Under the pieces are notes generated by a model that was given only the letters and a program-made list of their open reading frames with translations, did no database searches and was not told the origin of the DNA. From Azolla caroliniana (Eukaryota; Plantae; Polypodiophyta): DNA of 64,000 bases. The position numbers were made by a program, and so were the translations under genes. This document shows, piece by piece, positions 52,518-64,000 of the stretch. The first letter of the stretch is position 1, and the number at the start of each line of letters is the position of its first letter. The stretch covers positions 21,762,001 to 21,826,000 of the forward strand of contig JBHGNT010000005.1 of NCBI GenBank assembly GCA_043228905.1. Reading direction: 5' to 3'.

Positions 52518-52830
52518 GGGAAAAGTACCAGGATACCCTTGGAAGTTCGTCTACTTACTAGAATCCCCTTGGAAGTTCTAAATTTACCAAACTACCCCTA
52601 TGTCCAAAAAATTACACTTTATAAAGTAATTATACACTCAAATTTACAAGCCCTATTTACCAAAGATAGAAGAAATGGACCCGAACTAGCCCTATTTACC
52701 AAAGATTTGAGTGTATAAATACTTTATAAAGTGTAATTTTTTGGACATAGGGGTAGTTTAGTAAATTTGGAACTTCTAGGGGCATTCTGGTAAATAGACG
52801 AACTTACAGGGGTATCCTGGTACTTTTCCC
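52518..52830. mobile_element. Mutator-like MITE, 313 bp
   Basis: TIRs of ~125 bp (GGGAAAAGTACCAGGATACCC...GGGTATCCTGGTACTTTTCCC) and a perfect 9-bp TSD TATAAAAAA at 52509-52517 and 52831-52839. Confidence 0.95.
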
Positions 52831-55800
52831 TATAAAAAATGGAACTTGACAATAAGAAAAGGAAGTATTCGTTTTATTTTAATAAATAAATAATTCACAC
52901 TAATCATAATTCTATAATAAATATAAAAATATTCGTTTTTTAAAATAATAAATAAATTAGTTAAATAAATAAAATAAAGGTTCATAAACTCCCCCCTTTT
53001 TGGGGGAGTTTATGGAAAAAAAAACTCCCCACTTTTTTATTTCACTCTATAAAGGAGACTTAATAATAATCATATTTTTATAATCTATAAATGAATTATT
53101 GTTCTTTTTTTAGTTTTTTATTTTTTATTTTTTTCCAAAAAATGAATTAATTAATTTTTATAATATTATTGGGGCCATTTCATATGCTCAAGTATTGCAA
53201 ATATAACACATGGAGAATATCACACATGTGTCACACTGTCAATCTATGATTACAAGAATCTGCGCTAATCCTCAAAAGCTTGTAACAAAATAAAATTAAG
53301 GCTAAAATCCCCAACCCTATTTATTACGTAGGTAGCGAAATTTAAGATTTAGGAAAGAAGAGGAAATCGAGAGTATATGGAGGAAATTCTGAAGAGTAAG
53401 CAGGAAGAGTTCCAATCAATGGCACATCACCTAATTAGTCATCACAAATCTCACCCCCTCCTTTCATATGTGGATCGATTGTCACTAATAAAGCCTAGGC
53501 CTTCCATACCAAATTGACCCTCCTTGGCTATGAGTTTTCTTCCTCCTTTCATAGGTTTCAAGATTTCATTAATCAAAATAGAAACTTCTTTTTCATCAAT
53601 TGCCCCGATACATGACTTTTTAACCGCTTTTTATGACATGTCGTTGTTGTGAAATAGTGTGCGTGTGTGTAAAACATAAGTGGAACCCCTGGAAACTTAA
53701 TCCGGAGAGGGTGGAACACTAAGGCTTTGAGGAGGACAAAGATGTCTAATTTTCACACTTGGTCTTCTTTGAGAAATGAGGACAACAGTACTCTCACGAG
53801 TACTCTCGTTTGAGTGGGTTATTCTATTCTTATATGTACTTGTATAAACGTGTATGGTTTGTTTTTGTGTGTTCGTGAGAGTGAAAGAAGTTAGGTTTGA
53901 GTTTAAATATTTATTAATTTGCTGTCATTGGGGAATGTCTCTCCAATACGATGTGTCTTATTGAGTTGATGCTACAATTGATAATGTGAGCGATGTTAAT
54001 GTGGATGAAAGTAAGAGTCATGCTATGACATATCCTGCAAATTAGCTAAAATCCTAGGAATTTGAAGACTGACTTGAGTTGATATCACTACCAAAAATAA
54101 TGAGATAGCCTCCCAAGTGCATAATGTTGATGTCAAATATAACAACATTTATGACTAATTGATACAATACTTTTTTGAGTTCTTAGAGCTTGTGAAAAAT
54201 CCACTTGCCTTTGAAATCAATCCTCTACAACAACATCCTCCTCTGCTCGAGCAATTGGCAAAGGAAGCTACTCTAGGCCTCTTGGAGGAGACGATTAATA
54301 TGTTGTTAGAGGAAGCAACCTTTGCTCAATGGGTCAAGGAGGTTAGGGAAAATGGCAATTGCTAAGAAATGATAGAAGGGGGCAAATGTACCAAGTAAAA
54401 GATTACTTGGTCAAGAACCGAGAATTTAGTGCAAGAACTTCATTATAAGATTTTCATCATGTTTATTGCAAATTGAATTGAACCTCTATGGTTAATACTT
54501 TATCTAAGCATAGTAAGACTTAATATATGGAGGAATTGAAAGAATTGACCATGTTTTGAAAGACTTTTGTTGTTTTGTTAGTACAATTGCATTTTTTCCC
54601 CTTAATGCTACAAATCCCAAGGGGCATGAATCAATTACAACAAAAAATGATGATTTGGATCACAAACTTTAGGCTGGAACATGCTTTGATAGGGGAAGCA
54701 CAAATAGCATTGCAACAACAATCGAGGATCTCACTTGGAGATTTGATGTTGCAACAAACATTGAGGGTCTCATATTGAGAGTAGATGTGATAACAAACAT
54801 AGTCGCATTTCAAGAGTTTGTATTGATCAATAGCCTTACCAACTTGTATCAATGGAAATATGAGAAAGAACAAGCATCGTGAGCTCATGTAGAGTTTAGC
54901 ATAGCCCCAGTGAAAATGGCATTAAGGAGTCCCAAAATGTCAGGTGCCTTCACCTGGAAGAAATTTGGTGGTTTCACAGGATCAACTCCATAATAACACT
55001 CTTGAATTCAATCAACCTCACATAGAAATTGCGGCCCACTAACGAGACAATTTTTCCTCATGCAAGCCCGAGGAAAAAGCAACTTCAATGAGTACCTTCA
55101 TGTGTAGCCACCACAAAGAGAATTTAACAAATCCCATTGTGGCCAAGCTAGAACCCTAAGGGGTTTATTTATGGGTAGCCCCACAATAGACCTCATTGAG
55201 GGCATGACGAGTCGTGTCGCTATTTGTCATGTTGACCTTGCTCCATGCGTCGTCATCTACTGTAGACAACGAATCCAACATTTGACTTCCTCATCACCAA
55301 TTTACTACCCAATCATAGTTACAACGTTGACTCTAGGTTTCACACCCCTTGACTCCATTTGGGTTCACGCATACGCAACCCCTTCCCCTATAAAAAATTA
55401 TATTATTGAGTTGCCCCTCCCTCTCCTCTTTACTTTATTTTAATTTCTAATTGCCATTCCCCTCACCTTTTCTTTTCCTTAAAGTCCCTTCCACCCAAAT
55501 ATCCAAAACAAAATCTACACGCACCCATGCATATACACATGGATATAAATATAAGCAAAACGCATATGTATGCATGTGAAACTGTGCACGTGAGGATACT
55601 TATCTACATACATGTACCCACATTAACCCTCTACGGAGACAACCAATTTGTGTAACACATATATGTGTGTGTACGTTCATCGGTAAAGTTACACCTCAAG
55701 TCCTACCTACAAATTTACAATAGCATATTCTCAAATACACATTCACACATCCACCCACATATAGATAGAGATTCACAAGCATGCTTCACATGCTTGCACA

Positions 55801-57532
55801 CAAATCGTGATCGATACAAGGTATACCATGAACACATTTGTAGATAAGGCACATGCACATAAAGTTATGTGAAATAACACACATGTTCATGGATTTGACA
55901 CTAAGTGCACACTTAAAGACACAAATGCGACCATTGTTCACAAACACACAAATGAACATCTTAGTGGGCGTGTACACACGCGCTTGTGTCCACAACTTTC
56001 AACATTTGCAACAATAAAATAAATTTAAAAAGAGTTTGTCCTTAATTGAACATAATTGATGTCTTATATCATTAAGTATACCATAAACACATACATGCAT
56101 ATAATGTATCATTATTATATTACATTGTTAATTGATCTTTAAAAGAAAAAGACACTTGTCATCCATGCACTCACCCAACAATATATAAAGTTATCACTCA
56201 CTTCACATTTAGTGGGATATAGCAAGATACAAATTCATGCTTCTCAATGTATATATTTTTATCTACTACTATGGAAATGTAACCAACAAACGTTTCTTCA
56301 AAATCTACCATATGCGTGTGCTTTCACTTTTTGTCAACTACCTACCCATTTTCTCATTTTTTCTAATAAGACCTCCATTTTAATGGTTTTCCTTGTCTTT
56401 AGTTACTTCTAATCTTATCAAGTAAATTGGGCCTTCTTGGCATTATTCACCTTTACAAAAAAACATTGCATCCATTAGTGCCTTTGTTATTAATTGAAAG
56501 CTTGTCACGTGAATTGTTGCACCATTCTAGAGCTTTGTCTCCCCAACCATCTTACTAACTCTATATATAAATATGGTTGAACTTTACATGCTCGAGTCCT
56601 ATAGTGCATTTAAGTTCAATACCCAAAGTTTTATGGTCTGATTCTTGAGTCTAATAACCAAGTGAAAGATTGTCCATTTGATCAAATATACCTTTCCATT
56701 GTGTTTTATACGCATGAAACAATTTATAGCCATCCCATAAAGAAGTAGGAATGTCATTACTTTCAACAATATTCAGCATTTATGCCCGTTGCCTTTGACA
56801 ATAGACTATAATAATGATTTGATTGACATAAAATAAAAAATGCCACCTATCCTTGTCCTCTCTGTTGAGTGAAGCTTTTGTCTATATCAAAGAATGTGCA
56901 TTGTAAATATTTTAAACTCAAATTCTTCGAACATCTTTCTTCCAAATTTCCACAAGGAGGATCATGTTTGGCTAGTTGGCTAATTCATGTATGTAAATTC
57001 TCACATTCCATGGGTATCCACTACAATTCCAATAGCATATTTGTAGACGTCATGATTGGTTCTAAGCATTCTCATACAAAGCCTATTATGATAAGGAATG
57101 ATTGACAAATCCTAACAAATAATAATAGAAGTTTGTATCTACGAAATTCCTCTCAAAGATTGTATTCCTATTTATCTAAGGATATTTGTGCCCGGTTGTG
57201 CATCATCAACTTTGCATTTTCCTCCTTGTATAATAAGTTGTGAGAATTTTCTTGCATGAGGATTGTGATCTTCACAATAAAATAAACAATGTGACTATTG
57301 GAGGCATATCCATCTATGGTCATGAATATCCTTCATTGAGGCAAGGGTGTTACCATAATTTTTTGTAATTTCATCATTGGTGGGGAAAAATCGGATTACC
57401 CTTGCCATGGTTTTAATTTTATTGATGCATCATTACAATACGATTATTAATATATGTGCAATTCCCTCGTATTAGCTATTTTAAATAACTAAATTGGGGG
57501 AGTAATCTAAAGGTCATCCTATTGGTTACATT

Positions 57533-59267
57533 TGATGAGAATCAAACTCAACTTCTCGTGTGTGGGAACACACTCTAGGATACTCAAGTGTGTGAACACC
57601 CCACCTCCTTGTATGTAACTAGTGTGTCATAGACATTAATATTTGTCCTCTTATTCACATAAGAAGCGTATAATGAACTGTTGTAGGTCCAATACATGGA
57701 CATACACCTTTCACTCTCAGATTGATAACTCCAATAATATGACGAATCTAATATTTTATACACAGAAACTACACAGAAAGAGCTTTCCAACAAGTATTTA
57801 ACCATAATAAATGGCTATATATTCATTAAGATACAAAATAGCTTATACAAAAGAAACGCGAGAGAGAGACTAACAATGTATATCAAAGACAATCTATAGA
57901 ACTTCTCACTTAGATATGACACTCAAGGTATTCCTCTTGCTCTCCTCTTTTCTGCGTGTATGGAACATGTTTTATACCTATTTTTATACCTTATGTTTTA
58001 TGCTAGCTACTTACAACTTGACTCACCTATTAGATTTCACTTTTGTAGCCACTGATTTTGTGTCTAATTCTCACCTACCACATATACTTACCCATTATAT
58101 GCTATTCACTAGTGTCTTAGATAAATGTTCACCATACATCTTTATAAACATAAACAACCATAACTCATGTCAATTTGAGCTTGTACATTTATCTTCAACA
58201 ACATATTCTTTAAGTAGTTAAGGCTTGACCCCTTTCTCAAGGGGTCGTTTCAGTGATAGAACTTAGAGAGAAGTTGACTACATAAGCTCCTTCTCCTTCT
58301 CTTTGTAATTGTTGGCTCATCCTTGCTAGTGTTAATACAACTTTTTGTTTTTTTTGTATTTTTTTTTGTATTTTTTGTGTGTTGTCTCTCTCTCTCTAAC
58401 ACACACATATCTCTTTCGTTGCATAGATCATACCGATTCTTTACATGGTACCAGAGCTATTGGTAGCTTGATCCAAGCCCATCGCCTTCGCGTGTGTTGT
58501 GTCTAATCCCGTGTTCACAGAGAACCGACTGATCGTTGTAGCAACGACTTGCACATTTCGAATAAAGAGAAGAAGAAGTTAGACATGAACACTCAAATGG
58601 GAAATGCTCTTCCTACCAAGAAACTCGACAGAAACAATTTCGCATAGTGGGAGTACAACATGCACCAATACCTTGTCGGCCAAGGCTATTGGAGTTATGT
58701 CGAAGGAGCAAATGAAAATCAATCCAACACAACACATGCCGACCATCCAGCTTGGGAGCAAGCAGCGAGTCGTGTTGTACTGCCTTGCATCATGCGTCCA
58801 TGATCACATGCTCGGCTACATTTGAGAGGTCAAAATGCCAAAAGAGGTGACAGTGGGGGAACCTCAAGAAGATATTCGTGGCAAACACAACCACACGAAA
58901 GCTTCAACTCTGCCAAGATTTGAACAATATTCAACAGAGGGATATGGTCATCCGCAACTACACCTTGAAGATCAAGGAGTTGTGTGACTCCTTCGGGTCG
59001 ATCAATGTCAACATTGACGACAACGAAATGGTGCACATATGCCTTGGTGCCTTAGCACCACGTTTCAGCACCATTCGGTCGGCCGTCCTTGCAAGGGAGA
59101 AGTTTTCCTCCTTCGATCTCCAGTCGATGTTACTAGGGGAAGAAAACCATGTCCGAATGAGAGGCAACACATCAAATGGACAAATGCTTTGCACAAACTT
59201 GGACACAGGAAGAGGACAAGGCCATGAAAGAAGGGGCCAACCAAGCCTAGGTCGGTACAACCAAAGG
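57533..59267 (+). mobile_element. 5' part of an older copia element (5' LTR, PBS, gag), interrupted by two insertions
   Basis: The start TGATGAGAATCAAACTCAACTTC resembles the 16.9/22.4 kb LTR start. The LTR ends ...TTTACA at 58445, followed by PBS TGGTACCAGAGC (58446-58457). gag MGNALPTKKLDRNNFA...LYCLASCVHDHMLGYI...RKLQL is close to the 21 kb gag. The 5' boundary is less certain. Confidence 0.82.
57625..58252 (-). mobile_element. Probable solo-LTR-like insert (~628 bp) within the copia 5' LTR
   Basis: Termini TGTCAT...GTTTCA. The left flank AGTG recurs at 58252-58255, overlapping the terminal A. Terminal hairpin GACCCCT-TTCTCA-AGGGGTC. TATA-like GGTATAAAAA on minus. Removing it leaves a ~280-bp LTR. 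Confidence 0.55.
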
Positions 59268-59673
59268 TGTTGAGCGGCAAGCTCAACTGGAGCCGGATCG
59301 GCTGAATAAGCCTGAGCCGGTAAGTGAGATGAATCGGTATCCGAGCCGGTAAGCAGTAAGGACCGGTGAGCTGGGTAGCCAGTATGCCGGATCCAATCCG
59401 TAACCGGAAACCTAGTATAGGTTAGACTACTAGGCAGTTATAGTCTCGTAGTTAGTGTCAGATGCTCGTGTGAGCATTGAAGTACACCGTACTTCTAACA
59501 GTCCCGTGTGGACTTGTATAAATAGCGCCGATGAGTGCGTTGTAGATACAGAGCATAGAGTATTCATATAATTTTGAAAAACAAGTTGTCTTGCTCTCTC
59601 TCTGTCTCTCCCGCGTACTCTTTGTGTGTGTGTGTATTGTTCTTTCTAATGCTTCCGCAAGCAATCTTTCACA
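59268..59673 (+). repeat. 5' LTR (406 bp) with CCGG-rich repeated U3 motifs
   Basis: TG...CA termini, adjacent PBS, TATAAATA at about 59517, and GAGCCGG(TAAG) repeated. The partner LTR lies outside the window. Confidence 0.9.
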
Positions 59674-59949
59674 TGGTATCAGAGCGAGTGGGTTGAGAAC
59701 CTCTATTGCAGACATCTACGCTTGTGAAGGAAACCCTAAAAGATCGGAAAACAGACACAAAAGGAGAAATGGATAGAGGTATGGCTACGTCGCTCCCGGT
59801 GGAGAAGCTCGACAGAACCAACTACGCATCCTGGTCATACAAGATGCACCAGTACCTGCTTGGGCATGGCTACTGGAGTTATGTCGACGGAGTGAACGAC
59901 TCAGCACCGGAGACGACACACAAGGACTTCCCAGTGTGGGAACAGGCGG

Positions 59950-60878
59950 TGTCGGGGTAGTTGTGGTTCGTGCGGCGAAGTCGTAGGGACGAAGGTTAAG
60001 GGGAGTTGAAGGAACTTAAATTTTAATAAGGCTTGTATGGTGATGTTAGAAAGGTTAAGAGTAGCAAGAAGAAGAGTTACGAGTAATGTGTGTGAGAGAG
60101 AGAGATGAGAATAGATAGAAGATAGAGACAATATATGATTCAAGAAGCAAGATAGAGACAAAATATGATTTAATAAGGAAGATTGAGACAAAGTATGAAT
60201 CAAGAAGCAATAGTATTTGATATAAACATGATGTATATTAAAAAGACAATATTTTACCAACTTTACAATCCTTGATCGCAAACTGAACACATTCTCTACC
60301 GACCCTTGATTTGAACCCACGACTTCCACTTTGAAACGCGAGGCTCTTCACCGAATAAGATATCTTTAACACTTACTTAGATTCCTTTTTCTTCCACTTT
60401 CTCTTGATTCATTGATTCCCTTTTGTTTTCCTTTCCCCTCTTTTTATAAGTATTTCCATGCATATGGTAATGTCATGCATGTAATGCATGAGTTACATCT
60501 GATGCATGATCGCCATTTGGCGCACATGCATTGCATGTGATGCATGATAGCCATCATGCTCATTTGAGCTCCCATGTATTGGGATAAGTATAATGATGGA
60601 TATAACCCTAAAACAAATAACCTAGCTTAGTGGTGTATGGTTTGTGCTTGATATACAAGGTTGAGGGTTGAAGTCCCTCAATTGTACTTAATACAATATT
60701 TAAGTTTATTCTTATATAGTGAAGCACATTCTTGACAACATTTCCAAAAACAAATAGCCTACCCTAGTGGTATATACATTGTGCTTGGTTTATAAGGTTG
60801 TGGGTTCAAGTGTTTGAAATATTATTGAATTCAATATTTAAATTTATTTTTATATCGTGAAGCAAATCCTTCACGACA
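59950..60878 (-). mobile_element. Solo-LTR-like insert (929 bp) in copia gag
   Basis: Termini TGTCG...CGACA with a perfect 4-bp TSD GCGG (59946-59949 and 60879-60882). Removing it restores WEQAASRVMYCFAS. TATA-like TATAAAAAG on minus at about 60449, 30-bp internal repeats at 60118-60210, and tRNA-like motifs. Confidence 0.92.
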
Positions 60879-63800
60879 GCGGCAAGCAGGGTGATGTACT
60901 GCTTCGCGTCCAGTGTCGGTGACTAGCTGCTCAGCCATATCCGTGACGCCAAGACACCGAAGGATGCTTTGGGAAACATGAAAAAGGTTTTCGCCGCAAG
61001 CACCATTGCCCGGAAGCTGCAACTCAGACAGGAGTTGAGCAATGTTCGACAGAAGAACATGTCGGTGGCAGATTACACAGACCGGATCAAAGGGATTTGT
61101 GACTCGCTTGTCTCTATTAACGTCACCGTAGAGGAAGACGAGATGGTGCAGGTCTGTCTTGGAGGCCTGGCGTCCAAGTTCGGAGCTTTCCAGACTGCGG
61201 TTTGTACAAGGGAGAATACGCCCTCATTTTTCGACTTACAGTCGATGCTCCTTGTAGAGGAGAACCACGTCGGTGCATCTACCAGTGCATCCCCAGACAG
61301 CCGAATGCTGTACACGGGAGCGGATCGGTCCCGCGGGCGTGGTGGACGAGGCAGGTCAGCACGCAATGGAGGCGGCCGGCAAGAGCAGGAGCGAAGGCAC
61401 AGTGAGCGTGCCGACAACAGTTCCGGGACTTCCACAAGTAGGGGGAGTCAAGGTGGTGTCGGAGGCCGGCAAGACAAATCCGCTACGGAATGTTGGTACT
61501 ATGGCAAAAAGGGCCATAGGGAAAGCGAGTGCTGGAGAAACCGTGCCGATTCGGACAAATCCGGATCCGGCAAGACCGGTAAGGAAGGCTGGCAAAGCTC
61601 GCACTACGCAAACAGATCGAGAGGATCCAAGAACGGTAAGGGGCCAGCCTTGGTGATGAAACACAAGGCAAACTCAATGAAGACCACTTCCAAATCGGAG
61701 GAAGTGTGGTACGTTGACTCCGGCGCATCAAACCACATGACGAGCCACGGGGAGTGGTTCTCCTTTTTGGAGAAGCCGGATCAACCGGGAGTTGTCGAAA
61801 CCGGAGACGACACTCCCCACCCGATCGTGCACGTCGGAGAAGTCCCTTTGAGCCACGTCGGACAGAGGGGGAAGTTGATGAATGTATTACATGTTCCGAC
61901 GATCACGAAGAACCTGGTGTTGGTTGGACAGATCGTCGACCAGGGTATGCATGTGCGGTTTACGCACCTCGGGTGCTTCATTGAGGATGAGGGCGAAGTT
62001 ATTGCGCAAGGGCGCAAAGATGGGAGGATGTTTATCCTCAACACCAATGACGTCGGCACCGCACTGTTCGCCAAAGGACAGAAGGTCGAGTCGGATATCG
62101 ACCTGTGGCATAAGCGGATCAGCCACGTCAACTGCCGGAGGCTTCAAGACCTGCAAACAGAACAAGTCATTTTCGGTTTGCCGAAGTTTAGCGGCTAGAG
62201 AGCCCAGATTTGTGAAGCCTGCCAACTCGGGAAGCAATACCGGCTTCCATTCCCCACCGAAAGAAATCGAAGTCGTAACAAGCTCGATCTTATCCATTCG
62301 GATGTGTGGGGACCGACACAAAATGTTAGCATTGGCAGGAGTCGATATTTCGTCTCCTTCATCGACGACTACACGCAGCATACGTGGATCTACCTCATTG
62401 AGCGGAAGAGCGAAGTCTTCGAGTATTTCCGGAGCCTCCAGAAGATGGTGGAACGGGAATCAGAGAAGAAGATCAAATGCCTACGGTCGGATGGCGGAAA
62501 AGAGTACTTTTCCAGCCAATTCAACAACTATCTGCAACAAAAAGGAATTCGGCGAGAATTCAGCTGTAGATACACACCGCAACAGAACGGTGTGGCCGAA
62601 AGGAAGAATCGGTCGCTAATTGACGCGGCTAGGGCAATGCTGGAGGAAAAGAGCATGCCCAAGTTCTACTGGGCGGAGGCGGTCCAAACGGCCGTTTACA
62701 TCCAGAACCGGATCGGGGACAAGGTGTCAGCTCACGAGCTGTATTTCGGGCGCAAGCCAAATTTGAGACACCTCCGGATATTCGGCAGCATAGCCTATGT
62801 ACATGTGCCGGATGAGAAGCAGAGAAAGCTGGATGCAAAATCGGAAAAATGCATCCTAGTCGGCTATGCTCAAGAGCAAAAGGGGTATAAGTGTTATAAC
62901 CCCCGGACCAAGCAGGTCCGAGTCAGCCGAGATGTCGAGTTTGATGAATCGGCATCGTGGTATTCCTTATCGACTCCGACTTCCGATTCCGACTCGATGT
63001 CGGAGGATGGGGCTAGTGAGCCTGAACCGGCCCAGGTAGAGTCTGGAATCGTTCCGGTTAAGCGGACCGAATGAGAGACTAGATCAGTCCAACCGGTCGG
63101 ATGATGAGACGACGAGTAGTGGAGACTCTGTCGTGCTCTCCCCGTGCAAGGAACCGAGGAGACGGTTCACACGCAAAGAGAAAGGGAAGCAGAAGATGCT
63201 GGAATTCGAGACCGGTAATGAGGAGTCGGATCGATGCGTATCTGACTTCGGCAAGGACATAGGCAGATCTTCGGGAACGAAGACCGAACCGGCCAAGAAG
63301 GGTCTCATACCGGGTAACGGTGAGTTACGCTGGTCCACCCGCCAGAAGGATCCCGTTAAACGGTACGGGTATAACGAGTACATGGCGCATCATTATGCGT
63401 ACATGACCAAGGTGGCGGAAGTGCGTGAGCCGGAGAGCTACGCAGAAGCGGCAAAGGACGCAAATTGGCGCGCCGCTATGGAGGAAGAAATGCGGGCGTT
63501 GGATGCCAACAGAACTTGGGACCTGGTTGACCCTCCCCGTCACTGTAAACCGATCGGATGCAAGTGGGTGTACAAGATAAAGTACAATGCCGACGGTACA
63601 GTTAACTGGTACAAGGCCCGGTTAGTGGCGAAGGGATATGCGCAGACCCACGGAATCGACTACGACGAGACCTTCGCTCCTGTAGTGAAGATGACGATGG
63701 TTCATGTGGTACTGGCGGTTGCTGCGGCAAGGGGGTGGCACCTTCATCAGATGGATGTGAAGAATGCCTTCCTTCAAGGAGATCTTGAAGAAGAAGTCGG

Positions 63801-64000
63801 AGGTGAACAAGTCGGCGGTATGCCGACTGAGGAAGTCGTTGTACGGCTTGAAGCAAGCCCCCCGTGCTTGGAATGCTAAGATCACACACCGGTTGCGAAA
63901 GATGGGGTTTGTTGCCTCTAAGTCAAACTCTTCCCTGTTCATCCGTCAAGACTCAAATGGTCCGGTATGTATCTTACTCTATGTTGATGATTTAGTCATC

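Larger units (their letters stand above)
59268..64000 (+). mobile_element. Younger Ty1/copia element nested in the gag of the previous one; runs off the window
   Basis: 5' LTR 59268-59673 (TGTTGA...TCACA), PBS TGGTATCAGAGC at 59674-59685, gag from 59769, mutated CCHC knuckle (CWYYGKKGHRESEC), PR (WYVDSGASNHMT), IN (FIDD, LRSDGGKEY, QQNGVAERKNR), RT ([26 protein letters not shown]). CpG-rich but carries several stops and deletions. Predicted TSD is AAAGG (59263-59267). Confidence 0.96.

Noticed and set aside
58845-58860. 4-bp frameshift (GTGACAGTGG) in the older gag as the remnant of another ...ACA insert
   Set aside because: Too short to distinguish from an ordinary indel.

Overview
AT-rich, microsatellite-rich land-plant nuclear DNA. 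The style suggests a fern, but the sequence alone does not prove that. There are two apparently intact host genes, both on the minus strand: an intronless DUF868-family gene (4419-5414) and a 7-exon EFG1/DUF2361-like rRNA-processing gene (37073-40984) with a probable GC-AG intron. An orphan two-exon 3' fragment of a very-long-chain 3-ketoacyl-CoA reductase (KCR) gene lies between ~390-bp direct repeats. Much of the remainder is nested transposons: three Ty1/copia elements, L1-type LINEs of two families, a Mutator-like MITE with a perfect 9-bp TSD, and a degenerate foldback. Long stretches (about 7.5-12.5 kb, 24-36 kb and 53-57.5 kb) could not be assigned. Three patterns stand out. (1) Each copia element hosts a TG...CA solo-LTR-like insert with a 4-bp TSD and a terminal hairpin, apparently antisense to the host; two of these sit about 16 codons apart in the same gag segment. 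(2) Two of those inserts, plus a further locus, carry tRNA-like Pol III (A-box/T-loop) cassettes. (3) Two independent copies of one LINE family end in (GA)n rather than poly(A). All coordinates and alignments were read by eye; no database searches were run.
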